A stretch of DNA of 64,000 bases. Source: Polyangiaceae bacterium. GTDB lineage: Bacteria > Myxococcota_A > Polyangia > Polyangiales > Polyangiaceae. Under the pieces are notes generated by a model. That model made no database searches, had not been told where the DNA came from, and saw nothing but the letters and a program-made list of their open reading frames with translations. The translations under genes were made by a program, and so were the position numbers. Numbering within the stretch: position 1 is the stretch's first letter; every line of letters starts with the position of its first letter. The DNA lies in contig JANRKO010000076.1 of assembly GCA_033763455.1 (NCBI GenBank), positions 1 through 64,000 on the forward strand. Direction: 5' to 3'. Shown one piece after another: positions 1 through 9,031 of this stretch.

Positions 1-81
1 GACTTTGCAGAGCCGAACTGCCCCGGCTCTGAACTCCGGCGTGAACACTCGCCGTTTCCTTCGTTGATGTTTCTTGACCAT
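1..81 (-). CDS. IS3-family transposase OrfA, N-terminal part (partial)
   Basis: Manual translation MVKKHQRRKRRVFTPEFRAGAVRLCKV matches the RRxFxxEFKxxAV start of HTH_Tnp_1; RBS AGGAG upstream; absent from ORF track. Confidence 0.8.
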   Translation of the reverse strand, partial: MVKKHQRRKRRVFTPEFRAGAVRLCKV

Positions 82-141
82 GGATCACTCCTGGCGCATT
101 CTCGCGCTTTCTTGGGTGTCCACCAACTCGGGGGATCTTCA
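1..141 (-). mobile_element. Left end of an IS3-family insertion sequence (truncated by window edge)
   Basis: Minus strand begins TGAAGATCCCCCGAGTTGGTGGACAC at 141 (TG-start, IS3-type terminal IR), followed by RBS AGGAG and an OrfA-like reading frame. Confidence 0.75.
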
Positions 142-198
142 AAGCTCGGGGTTTTCCCGAATACCGAGTCTGCAGTCGCCGGGCTATCTGTTCGTTGA

Positions 199-1191
199 GT
201 GACAGATCCTGATTCAAAAGTCTTCCCCCACGATGCGCTAGTGCGCCGGATCTTTAGTGCACCAGAAAATGCAGCAGCGCAGTTTCGCGCGACGCTTCCG
301 GAAGGGCTCCTGGCCAACCTGGATTTGAGCACTCTCTCTGTCGAAGAGAGCAGCTTCGTTAGCCAGGAGTTGCGCGGCACTGTAGTAGACATGCTCTACA
401 GCGCTAAGTATCGCGGAAGGCCTGCGTACCTCTACGTGCTCTTCGAACACATGAGCACGGTGGATCCATTGATGCCCCTTCGCACCTTGGGCAGCGCCCT
501 ACAAGTTTGGGAACGCCACACAGAGAAGGCGCGCTCCGAAGGGGCACCGCTTTTGCCGTTGCCACTCGTGCTAGTGCAAGTGCTGCACCACAGTGAGCGT
601 GGTTGGACAGCAGCGACGCGCTTCGAAGGGCTTTTCGATCCTGAAGGTTTACAGGATCCAGAAGTGCGCGCCGCAACACCACACTGGGGATTTTTGCTAG
701 ATGACGTCAGCCGCGCAAGTGACGAAGACCTGCGACAGCGTGAGCTTGGGCCGATGCTAACGGTGGCCTTGGCGTTGTTGCGAGACAGCCGCCGGGGAGC
801 ACGCCTTTTGCGCACGATTGCGGCCTATACCAAGGAATTTGAGGCCATCCTAAAGCGCAGCGGAGGCCGCGAAGCCTTCCTAGTTTTCGTGCTATATGTG
901 TGGACAGTGACACAAGGCACGGTCGGGCAAGACGCGCTGGAAGCCTTGAAGGCGGTCAGCGGAGCAGGAGAAGCAGTCATGACATTCGCAGAGGAGTTGG
1001 AAGCACGAGGCGAGGCACGAGGCAAAGCCGAAGGCGTTAGGCTGGTTTTATTGAGCCAGCTGGAGGCAAAGTTCGGCTCCATCACCGACACCGTTCGGGA
1101 GCGCGTCAGTGGCGCCGGAGTTGCCGACTGCCTCCGTTGGTCCGCGAGGCTCCTTGAAGCACGCTCCGCGGGCGAAGTGTTTGGGGACTAG
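199..1191 (+). CDS. Rpn family recombination-promoting nuclease / YhgA-like PD-(D/E)XK protein
   Basis: PHDALVRRIF N-terminus, D-MLYS and LFEHMS..DPLMPLR motifs, C-terminal EARGEARGKAEG..LEAKFG (DUF4351-like) tail. Confidence 0.85.
   Translation: MTDPDSKVFPHDALVRRIFSAPENAAAQFRATLPEGLLANLDLSTLSVEESSFVSQELRGTVVDMLYSAKYRGRPAYLYVLFEHMSTVDPLMPLRTLGSALQVWERHTEKARSEGAPLLPLPLVLVQVLHHSERGWTAATRFEGLFDPEGLQDPEVRAATPHWGFLLDDVSRASDEDLRQRELGPMLTVALALLRDSRRGARLLRTIAAYTKEFEAILKRSGGREAFLVFVLYVWTVTQGTVGQDALEALKAVSGAGEAVMTFAEELEARGEARGKAEGVRLVLLSQLEAKFGSITDTVRERVSGAGVADCLRWSARLLEARSAGEVFGD
979..1191 (+). CDS. Putative intragenic small Rpn protein (RpnS-like antitoxin), 70 aa
   Basis: In-frame ATG at 979 preceded by AGGAGA (966-971) with 7-nt spacing, at the start of the C-terminal domain (MTFAEELEARG...). 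Confidence 0.6.
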   Translation: MTFAEELEARGEARGKAEGVRLVLLSQLEAKFGSITDTVRERVSGAGVADCLRWSARLLEARSAGEVFGD

Positions 1192-1198
1192 CGTCGCC

Positions 1199-2551
1199 TC
1201 ACACCAAATCACGATTCATGCAGCGATACCGTGCCCAGCCGATGGAAGCGGCGCACACCCCGAGGCACAGCACGCCAAGCCAGCGCGGGACGCTCAACGT
1301 CGCCCCAGAGATGATAAGGAAGGGAATTGCGAGGCCTGGCACGAGCACAAGCACCAAGACTCCTGCGCGCTGGTTAACCAGACGCATACCCAGCACCACA
1401 GCAAACGGGATGAACCACAAAGGCCAGGTACCAAGGAGCGCACGTGAGAGGCTCATGGGTCCCCACGGCGCGGCGGGGCCTTGTGAGAGCTTTGCGCCCA
1501 ACAAAGCGCCCAGCCCAACCAACAGAAACGACAGGGTAAACGCGAGCCCGGCGCGCACCAAGGCGATGGCTATCGCCTGTCGAAAGGCGTGCCGGCGGCT
1601 CACAGGTGATCGCCAGCGACTGAGTGCAGACTGCACCAAACCGGCAAGGCCAATGGAAATCATAACAGAGACCAGCGCGAACACCAAAGCCATCTTGGCT
1701 GCACCATCTCCGAAATGCGCGGGGGAGCTCCACCGCAGCCACGCAGCCGTGGTCAGGAAGAGAAGCAGTGCGGGTATGATCAAGGCGGTTAGCGGGCTGC
1801 GCAAACTGCGAGCTAGAAATAGCTCCGAGAGCAGCCACTTTTTCCAGCCCGAGGACGCTGCAAGCTTCTCCAGCAGCGCGGGCTGAGGCGCGCGCCCGAG
1901 GCTCTTGGTCTTCGCCCCCTCCGCCCCAATACGACGGTCGAACGGTGAACGAGTTCCACTAACGCTTCGCTGTAACTCATTCGAATCAGTTTTTCGCCAG
2001 ATAAAAACACCCAGAACCACGGCAACCAAGACGAATAGGGGCGCGAGCTGGCTGACTCGCAACCTCACGGCCTCCTCGGTTACCCAGTGGTTGCTGCTGT
2101 ATAGCCCCACAGAAAGCCATAGCTGATGCGGAAGTGAGCCAAGTCCGCTCCATTTGGGCTTTAGCACCATGAACCACGTTCCGAAGAGTACAATCGCAAA
2201 CGTAAGAGACACGTTTGCGATGAGGACGCGAGCGACAAACGCCGGCGTACCCACCCCAAGGTCTCGATACGAACCAAGCAGTGCCAGCAGAGCGCCGAGC
2301 CCAGCGCCGCCGAACAGGACCTGACGGACCAGCTGCCGGACGCGAGGAAGCGTGAAGCTGAAACGGCCGCCCAGCAGAGGCTGCAGCGATAGCGCCAGGG
2401 CGAATGCCAGAGCAAAGCCCATTGCGGGCAGGAACATGGTGCTAACCAGGGCAATAACGAAAAACGGAAACGCAATCCAAAAGTGCAGCGCCGCCACCCA
2501 CGGCGCGCCCTTAAACAGAGCGCTCAAAGGTGTCATCTTAGCCGGTGTCAC
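1199..2551 (-). CDS. ABC transporter permease-like integral membrane protein
   Basis: About 12 hydrophobic segments in two blocks; 4-nt overlap with upstream ABC ATPase. Confidence 0.65.
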   Translation of the reverse strand: MTPAKMTPLSALFKGAPWVAALHFWIAFPFFVIALVSTMFLPAMGFALAFALALSLQPLLGGRFSFTLPRVRQLVRQVLFGGAGLGALLALLGSYRDLGVGTPAFVARVLIANVSLTFAIVLFGTWFMVLKPKWSGLGSLPHQLWLSVGLYSSNHWVTEEAVRLRVSQLAPLFVLVAVVLGVFIWRKTDSNELQRSVSGTRSPFDRRIGAEGAKTKSLGRAPQPALLEKLAASSGWKKWLLSELFLARSLRSPLTALIIPALLLFLTTAAWLRWSSPAHFGDGAAKMALVFALVSVMISIGLAGLVQSALSRWRSPVSRRHAFRQAIAIALVRAGLAFTLSFLLVGLGALLGAKLSQGPAAPWGPMSLSRALLGTWPLWFIPFAVVLGMRLVNQRAGVLVLVLVPGLAIPFLIISGATLSVPRWLGVLCLGVCAASIGWARYRCMNRDLV

Positions 2552-3432
2552 CGTTGACGCCCTAACTCGTAACGATATATATCTTCAAACTTCACCGGTA
2601 CCACCCGCGCCTGAGCGTTGCCGCGAGCCGCCGCTTCGATCACGGCTGATTCGCTGGCGTTGCAAACCACCAAGCGCGATTGCTCGCCCGCGCGCGTGTG
2701 AGCCACAACGTTTCCAGGCAATAATCCCTGCGGATCTGGACCCCGCCACTCTACGTCGAGATACTCTTCACGTAAAGTGTCGAGCTCTGCGTCCCGAATC
2801 ACCTCGCCTTGCTTCATGATCAACACGCGATCCACCACCCGCTCGATGTCGCTCAAGATGTGGCTGGAGATGACGATGGTGCGTGCCGTGTCTTGAATCA
2901 GCTCCATCATGAGATCGAGAAACTCCGCGCGCGCCAGGGGATCCATGGCCGCGGCAGGCTCATCGAGCAGCAGAAGATCCGGGCGATGCCCAGAAGCCAG
3001 CAAGACGGCGAGGCGCTGGCGCATCCCCGTAGAAAGATCACGCACGCGTTTCTCGCGCGGCAATTCGAATCGCTGGATGTAGGCGTGGGTGTAATCCCAA
3101 TCATAACGCTCGTAAAAGGCAGCCACGTAAGCAATATGCTCATCAACCGTTAACCAGTCGAGCAAATCTCCCTCGGCATCCACAAAGCCGATCCGTGCGA
3201 GCTCAGCGTCCCCGAGCTCGTGCGCAGGCTTGCCGAAAGTGCGCACACTGCCTTCGGTGGGAATAAGCAGCCCGATAAAATGCCTGAGCAGCGTGGTCTT
3301 TCCCGCACCATTCGGCCCCAAAAGCCCTATTACCTGCCCCGAACCCAGCTCGAGATCGATCCCCGAAAGTGCGCGCGTCGAACCAAAGCGCTTTTGCAGC
3401 TTCTGTACCTCTACCAAGTTATCGTTTGCCAT
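2548..3432 (-). CDS. ABC transporter ATP-binding protein (ABC-2/YtrB-like)
   Basis: Walker A GPNGAGKTT, signature LSTGMRQR, Walker B LLLLDEP, SSH switch; likely ATG at 3432. Confidence 0.92.
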   Translation of the reverse strand: MANDNLVEVQKLQKRFGSTRALSGIDLELGSGQVIGLLGPNGAGKTTLLRHFIGLLIPTEGSVRTFGKPAHELGDAELARIGFVDAEGDLLDWLTVDEHIAYVAAFYERYDWDYTHAYIQRFELPREKRVRDLSTGMRQRLAVLLASGHRPDLLLLDEPAAAMDPLARAEFLDLMMELIQDTARTIVISSHILSDIERVVDRVLIMKQGEVIRDAELDTLREEYLDVEWRGPDPQGLLPGNVVAHTRAGEQSRLVVCNASESAVIEAAARGNAQARVVPVKFEDIYRYELGRQR

Positions 3433-3826
3433 CGCCTCGCCCTTTTGGTTCCAATTGCTCCCACACTTCACCCAGCAGCTTAACTACCTCTGTACGCTTC
3501 ACGTGTAGATTGAGTGCTTGCAAAACAACATCGCGCATCGGCCTTTCAAGCGCTCCGAGCCTGAGGCGCGCGCTCTTCAGCTCCACCCCCTCTGCTACAA
3601 AAAGCCCGATGCCGGGGCGGCGCTCGACCAAGCCCGAGAGCTCAAGCCGCGTGTAGACCTTACTCACCGTCATCGGGTTAACTTTCAGGTCACCCGCTAG
3701 CTGGCGTACGGACACGAGCTGTGCGCCGGGCGGCAGCTGCCCAGACGCGATGAGATGTTCCATTTGTTCAAGCATCTGTTTGTACACAGGCACGCCGGAG
3801 CGCGGATCGATCCGGGGGATCGGCAT
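3419..3826 (-). CDS. GntR family transcriptional regulator, YtrA subfamily
   Basis: PVYKQM..IASGQLPPGAQLVSVRQLA..VNPMTVSKVY..RPGIGLFV; short C-terminus; sits directly upstream of ABC genes. Confidence 0.9.
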   Translation of the reverse strand: MPIPRIDPRSGVPVYKQMLEQMEHLIASGQLPPGAQLVSVRQLAGDLKVNPMTVSKVYTRLELSGLVERRPGIGLFVAEGVELKSARLRLGALERPMRDVVLQALNLHVKRTEVVKLLGEVWEQLEPKGRGDGKR

Positions 3827-3900
3827 GGCTCGCAGCTCGGGAGGCAGCTCCGGTGGTTTCTGTGGGGACACGAAGTAGGCGTTGCTTTCCGCTGAATCTA

Positions 3901-3922
3901 GTGTATTACTTCACTAATACAC
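3901..3922. promoter_or_regulatory. YtrA-type operator palindrome GTGTATTA-N6-TAATACAC
   Basis: Perfect 8-bp inverted repeat with 6-nt spacer between the divergent gntR and 3925 genes; fits the TGTAnTA-N6-TAnTACA pattern of YtrA-subfamily sites. Confidence 0.8.
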
Positions 3923-3924
3923 CC

Positions 3925-4539
3925 ATGACCGCGCTTCGTCAACCAAAACTAAGAGCCCGACGTGTACTCGTATGGATACTTCCTGCCCCGCTGCTATTGA
4001 TCGGCATCGTCGCCGTCATAGCCACCGTGTCGCAGTCATCCGAGGGTAACGAACGGCGCATCGATAGCTTTCTGAAGATTGCCGATCCTTTGCAGCGTTG
4101 GCAAAACCTAGATGAGGTCGCTCAAGCCTGTTTCGAGGAAGAGCGGCCCTGTGCCGAACGCTACGGGCGTGAGGCAATGGAGAGCACACGACGAAGCGTC
4201 GAGGCCGGCCTTGCCAACGCCTGGGAGCTTGAAGCGTCTCACGACGGGCACGTCGTATTAGGGGAACTCGCGCTCGCGAAGGGCGATGTTACTCAAGCCA
4301 AGGAGCATCTGAGGCTTGCCTCTTCTTTTCGCACAGACGCCTTGGGAAACTCAAAAATGCCGTCCATGTTCATCCTCAACATGTCCCTCGCGAGTGCACT
4401 CATCCGCAAGGGCGAGCTCGATACAGTAATGCGCTATCTAGAGCGGCTCGATCAAAGGTGGGATCGACCTGAGATCAAAGATTGGAAAGGCTACGTGCCG
4501 CACGGCGCCGTTCCCCCTTTCGGTAAGTATACGGAATAG
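3925..4539 (+). CDS. Membrane-anchored helical (TPR-like) hypothetical protein
   Basis: N-terminal TM segment then helical repeats (GHVVLGELALAKGDVTQAKEHLRLA); start at ATG 3925 preferred. Confidence 0.55.
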   Translation: MTALRQPKLRARRVLVWILPAPLLLIGIVAVIATVSQSSEGNERRIDSFLKIADPLQRWQNLDEVAQACFEEERPCAERYGREAMESTRRSVEAGLANAWELEASHDGHVVLGELALAKGDVTQAKEHLRLASSFRTDALGNSKMPSMFILNMSLASALIRKGELDTVMRYLERLDQRWDRPEIKDWKGYVPHGAVPPFGKYTE

Positions 4540-4750
4540 GGGCCACCTCTCCAAAGCAGGGCGCCACGTCGCCCTCTGGTATTTCGAACCCCCGCTCCAC
4601 GCTTTAACCTGACCTCCAGACCGGTCGAAAGAACGCTACTACACGCCCTGATTGGCCGCGCGCAACACGCCAGCGAGCCCCTTCATTTCAGCCTGATCTG
4701 CACCTCCGCTGAAGTGACGGCCGAGATGTCCGTCTGGGAGAAGCAGCAGG

Positions 4751-7051
4751 ATGTCGGCAGAGCGAACCTTTGGTGCAAACCCCGCAACCGTGACAGTAGC
4801 TCTGGTTGATGGAGCCACCCACGTAGGCCAGCTGGTGCGCTTTAATCCTGCAACCCCAGATCTAAGCTTGAGCTTGCCACAGGGTCGCAAAGCGACGTTT
4901 GCTTCCGAACGAATTGCGTACCTTGGGTTTCACCGAAACCCAAGCGACCCGCCGCAACGTCCGAGCGCTCGCCGTGGCGAATTGAAGGTGCACGTTTCGA
5001 GCAGCGCGGCGTTTGTCGTCGACCCTGAACCCAACTCGGCGGAAGCTCTGGGATTTTACGCCAGGCCCGCTGAGCCCTCGAGCCCGTTTCGCGAGATCTT
5101 CTTCTACAACCACGGCATTCGTCTGCGCGAGGTCAACGAACCATTGGGCAGCATGCTCGTCAAGGACGGTAGGGTTGGCGCTGCGGGGTTAGAGAAGGGG
5201 CTGGATGCGCAGAAGACCGAACCACGGACGCCGATTGGGCAAATTCTTGTTCAACACCGGCGCGTGGAGCAGGGCGCGATCGATCAGGCAACGGCACTCC
5301 AGAAGCGCAAGGGCACCCGGCTGGGTGAGGTCTTGATTGAGGCCGGCTTGGCCGATGCGGCCGATATTGAATTTGCCCTGGCTGAACAACGAAGGCGGGG
5401 CGGCAAGCGAATCGGCCAAATCTTAGTGGAAATGAGCCTCGTTTCCAAGGTTGACCTTTCGAGCACGCTGGCAAAAAAGTTCCAGCTGCCGTTTGTGAAT
5501 CTTGATATCTGCGTGATTAACCTGGCAGCGGTGGAAGAGCTACCACGTGAGTTCATTCAAAAGCACAAGATCTTACCGCTCGATGTCGACGCCAAATCCC
5601 TCACTGTGGCTATGAGCGATCCGTTGGCTATCGACGCTATCGACGAGGTTCGCAAGCTCGCGCAGAAGCAGGTCCTCGAGGTAGTGGCAACTCCCAGCCA
5701 GCTTGAACGCTACATTCCCACTTACCTCGACCAGCTAGATTCTCGAAAAGTCGCCAATGAGATGGACGCGATCCTGAAGGGGCTCGCTTCTGACGACATC
5801 CAAGCCGTCGCAGACGTCGAACGCGATGAGGTGGGCGGTGTCAAAGAGTCTGATAATTCCATTATCAAGCTCGCCAATCAGATTGTGATCGACGGCTACC
5901 GCCAGGGAGCATCCGACATTCACATCGAACCCAACGGCAAGGAGCGCACGGTCACCGTGCGCTTTCGGATCGATGGGGATTGCATCGCCTATCAAGAAAT
6001 TCCGTCCAACTTTCGACTCCCGCTCGTGGCCCGTTTCAAGATCATGGCGCTACTCGACATCTCGGAACGCCGGAAGCCTCAAGACGGGAAAATCCGCTTC
6101 CGGGTGGGGGAAAAGCAGATCGAGTTGCGCGTTGCCACCATCCCGACTGTGAACAACAACGAGGATATCGTGTTGCGCATTTTGGCAGCCTCCAAGCCAC
6201 TGCCGCTTGAGCAAATGGGCATGAGCCCGCTCGTGCTCCAGAATCTAAAGTCGGTTATTACCAAGCCTTACGGCTTGGTGCTGTGTGTTGGCCCCACTGG
6301 CTCCGGCAAAACCACCACGCTCCACTCCGCACTTGGCTTCATCAACACCGTGGACATGAAGATTTGGACCGCCGAAGATCCCGTCGAAATTACCCAGGCT
6401 GGGCTCCGGCAGGTTCAGGTGAACCCCAAAATAGGCTTCACCTTCGCGCACGCTATGCGCGCGTTTTTGCGCGCGGATCCAGATGTCATAATGGTAGGCG
6501 AGATGCGCGATCTGGAGACGGCGGGCACCGCTGTGGAAGCCTCACTGACGGGCCACCTCGTGTTATCGACGCTTCACACGAATAGTGCACCCGAAACCGT
6601 GACGCGCTTGATCGACATGGGGCTCGATCCGTTCAGCTTTGCCGATGCACTGTTGGGCGTGCTGGCGCAGCGGCTAGCCCGTGGGTTGTGCAAGCAGTGC
6701 CGTCAGCAATATTCACCGAGCACCACTGAGATGGATGACCTGGGACAAGCTTATGGCCCCGAGGCGTTTGCTGCGCTCCTCGAGCGGGATCACCCCTTCG
6801 GGCTCAAATTGTGGAAGAGCCCTGGTTGCTCGGCGTGCGGAGGTTCCGGGTACAAGGGCCGAGTAGCACTCCACGAGCTTTTGGTGGGTAGCGACAACTT
6901 GAAGCGTGCAATCCAAAAGAAAGCCCCAGTTGACGACATTCGCAAGCTCGCGGCCGAAGGTGGCATGGTGACGCTTCTCCAAGACGGTGTGGAGAAGGTA
7001 CTGGCTGGCCTCACGGACTTGAAGCAAGTGCTCGCGGTTTGCAGTCGCTAG
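4751..7051 (+). CDS. GspE/PilB family secretion ATPase with tandem MshEN-like motifs
   Basis: ASDIHIEP, PQDG, Walker A GPTGSGKTT, AEDPVE, LRADPDVIMVGEMRD, LSTLHTN, CxxC...CxxC zinc motif. Confidence 0.93.
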   Translation: MSAERTFGANPATVTVALVDGATHVGQLVRFNPATPDLSLSLPQGRKATFASERIAYLGFHRNPSDPPQRPSARRGELKVHVSSSAAFVVDPEPNSAEALGFYARPAEPSSPFREIFFYNHGIRLREVNEPLGSMLVKDGRVGAAGLEKGLDAQKTEPRTPIGQILVQHRRVEQGAIDQATALQKRKGTRLGEVLIEAGLADAADIEFALAEQRRRGGKRIGQILVEMSLVSKVDLSSTLAKKFQLPFVNLDICVINLAAVEELPREFIQKHKILPLDVDAKSLTVAMSDPLAIDAIDEVRKLAQKQVLEVVATPSQLERYIPTYLDQLDSRKVANEMDAILKGLASDDIQAVADVERDEVGGVKESDNSIIKLANQIVIDGYRQGASDIHIEPNGKERTVTVRFRIDGDCIAYQEIPSNFRLPLVARFKIMALLDISERRKPQDGKIRFRVGEKQIELRVATIPTVNNNEDIVLRILAASKPLPLEQMGMSPLVLQNLKSVITKPYGLVLCVGPTGSGKTTTLHSALGFINTVDMKIWTAEDPVEITQAGLRQVQVNPKIGFTFAHAMRAFLRADPDVIMVGEMRDLETAGTAVEASLTGHLVLSTLHTNSAPETVTRLIDMGLDPFSFADALLGVLAQRLARGLCKQCRQQYSPSTTEMDDLGQAYGPEAFAALLERDHPFGLKLWKSPGCSACGGSGYKGRVALHELLVGSDNLKRAIQKKAPVDDIRKLAAEGGMVTLLQDGVEKVLAGLTDLKQVLAVCSR

Positions 7052-7101
7052 AATGCGACGACTGCTCAATGAGGGGCGGGAGTCGAGGAGCGATCTCCCC
7101 G

Positions 7102-7590
7102 TCAACCTCGCGTTAACCGCAACACAAGCTCTCGATGTTGCGGAAGCCGCGCGAAAAGTTCTTCCCGCGTGGGCATTGAAAAATCTGCGAAATCGAAACC
7201 TGGCGCAACGGTGCAACCAAACAGAGTAAAGCCTGAAGCTGACGCACACGTGGCCTGGAGCTCTCCCGCGCGAACCACGTGTTGCGGTCGCTCCCCCGAG
7301 ACAATGTTGGAGCCAAGCCGTACGGAGCGGTGGGTGCCACTCTCGTCAAAGCAATGAAGCTCAGCCGGTGCGCCCAGGTAGTGGTGCCAAACTTCATCCG
7401 AGCGAACGACGTGCAGCGCGGAAAATTCTCCCGAGCGAAGCAGATAATAGATGGCGGTGGAAGCTGCGCGTACGCCTCTTTCAGGAAGCTCGCAAGTGAG
7501 CGGCAGCGCCCGAAATGTCTCTACGTAATACCCGCCCTCGGGATGTGGCTGCATCGAAAGGGCGGATATGATCTGCTCGGCGGTGGGCAT
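7102..7590 (-). CDS. Cupin_5 (DUF985) family protein
   Basis: PHPEGGYY, STAIYYLL, SDEVWHHY, GCTVAPGFDFADF. Confidence 0.9.
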   Translation of the reverse strand: MPTAEQIISALSMQPHPEGGYYVETFRALPLTCELPERGVRAASTAIYYLLRSGEFSALHVVRSDEVWHHYLGAPAELHCFDESGTHRSVRLGSNIVSGERPQHVVRAGELQATCASASGFTLFGCTVAPGFDFADFSMPTREELFARLPQHRELVLRLTRG

Positions 7591-7666
7591 CCGAGGCTAA
7601 CATCTCACGTTCCGGGAACCAGAATCCAGGTCCGAAGCGCGGCGATAGCAACACCCGGCGACGATT

Positions 7667-8344
7667 TCAGAACGTAAGCCCAAGCGCCCCATCTAGGACA
7701 GGCGAAACGCCCGCAAGCTCGGTCTTGATGGTTTCGTCGCCCGACTTCGCGACGGCTTGAAAGGCCAGGAGCCCGCCGCCCAACCGCAACGTAAAGGGCT
7801 TCCAATGCCACTGGTGCCCGACGGTGGCCTCGACGCCCGCGAGGGTTGCCGATGCCGAGAATTCACCCAGCAGATCGTCTTCAATGCTGGCAGTGGAGTG
7901 AGCTACTTGCAGCACGGGCGACACGTACCAGCCTCGATACATTTCATCACCGAAGAAGTAACGCACGCCGCCCCCAAGGCCCCACGCCGTGGTCTTGAGG
8001 CCCAAAACATCGAAGCTCCAATACGAACCTTCGCCAACCACGGCCATGTTCTTGCTTACGGTTACATCCACTTCAGCGTCGATGAGCCCAAACAAGAGCC
8101 CAACCGGATTCACATAAACTGCCCCTGTAGCCGGGCTCGCCTTCTTGGCTGATTCGACCGCGCCGTCGGCCACGGGTGAACTCTGGTTCGCGCCTGAGGT
8201 GCTACGCGGGCTGCTACCGGGCGCCAGCTCATCCACCGAGGCAACTTCAGTGGCACTTGAGGCTTCGGCGGCTTCAGCTGCGTAGGCGTGGCAAACGAGG
8301 CAAAGAATAGGGAAAATGGACGATGCGGACACTTTGAGATTCAC
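7667..8344 (-). CDS. Exported outer-membrane beta-barrel protein (DUF3575-like)
   Basis: Signal peptide, low-complexity linker, alternating amphipathic strands, terminal Phe (LGLTF). Confidence 0.6.
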   Translation of the reverse strand: MNLKVSASSIFPILCLVCHAYAAEAAEASSATEVASVDELAPGSSPRSTSGANQSSPVADGAVESAKKASPATGAVYVNPVGLLFGLIDAEVDVTVSKNMAVVGEGSYWSFDVLGLKTTAWGLGGGVRYFFGDEMYRGWYVSPVLQVAHSTASIEDDLLGEFSASATLAGVEATVGHQWHWKPFTLRLGGGLLAFQAVAKSGDETIKTELAGVSPVLDGALGLTF

Positions 8345-8455
8345 GATATGTTCTCCTTGTGCCGCTCCGTTCGGCCGCTCCCGAGAGCGGTTGCGGAAAA
8401 AAGTACCCCGTGGTGCAATCTCTTGAGTGCAGCCCGGGGAGCATTTTGACGGAAC

Positions 8456-9031
8456 ATGAACGCACGTTCTTTCTTCAGGTACGCGGAGGGCCTAAGCCTT
8501 GGCGCTCTCATGTGCGCGTGCGGGGAGGGCGCTGGGCGTTACGGGCACGCGCGTTCCTACGTGCCGTACGCTGATGAAGCGGAGCTGACTTACCTTGAAT
8601 TTCGGCTCGCCGGAGCTCGCAACGATCCAGCCTCCTTTTTTCGCAACCGGGCGAGAATATTCGGCACGGTGGTTCGCAGGGTGTCAGCTCCAGGTGCGGT
8701 TACTCTGGTGCTGCGGCAGCGAGAGCTTGCGCCTGGAAACACTTGCATATCGAAGAACAAGGACGCGTGGATGCAGGAGGATAAACCCCCGGAGTCGACA
8801 TGCCGCGTTACCGTGACGGACGAACGCCTGCCGCTCATTCGCGCGGTCTTTGGGGAGGGGGCTGGGGCGGCACCAGAACTTCTGCCGGGCGATCTCGTCA
8901 TGTTGGTCGGATTGATCGACTACATGGACGGAGAACCAGTAATCGCCGCAAGTGCCTACCGCGCCTGGCCCAAGGGCGAATTCATAATGTGGGAGTCTAC
9001 CGCGCTTTCCCGGCTCGCCAGGTTCGATTGA
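8456..9031 (+). CDS. Hypothetical lipoprotein
   Basis: Lipobox-like LMCAC; stop/start overlap with next gene. Confidence 0.55.
   Translation: MNARSFFRYAEGLSLGALMCACGEGAGRYGHARSYVPYADEAELTYLEFRLAGARNDPASFFRNRARIFGTVVRRVSAPGAVTLVLRQRELAPGNTCISKNKDAWMQEDKPPESTCRVTVTDERLPLIRAVFGEGAGAAPELLPGDLVMLVGLIDYMDGEPVIAASAYRAWPKGEFIMWESTALSRLARFD

Noticed and set aside
141..159. Similarity of AAAGCTCGGGGTTTTCCCG to 26376-26397
   Set aside because: Under 22 nt with indels; may be chance
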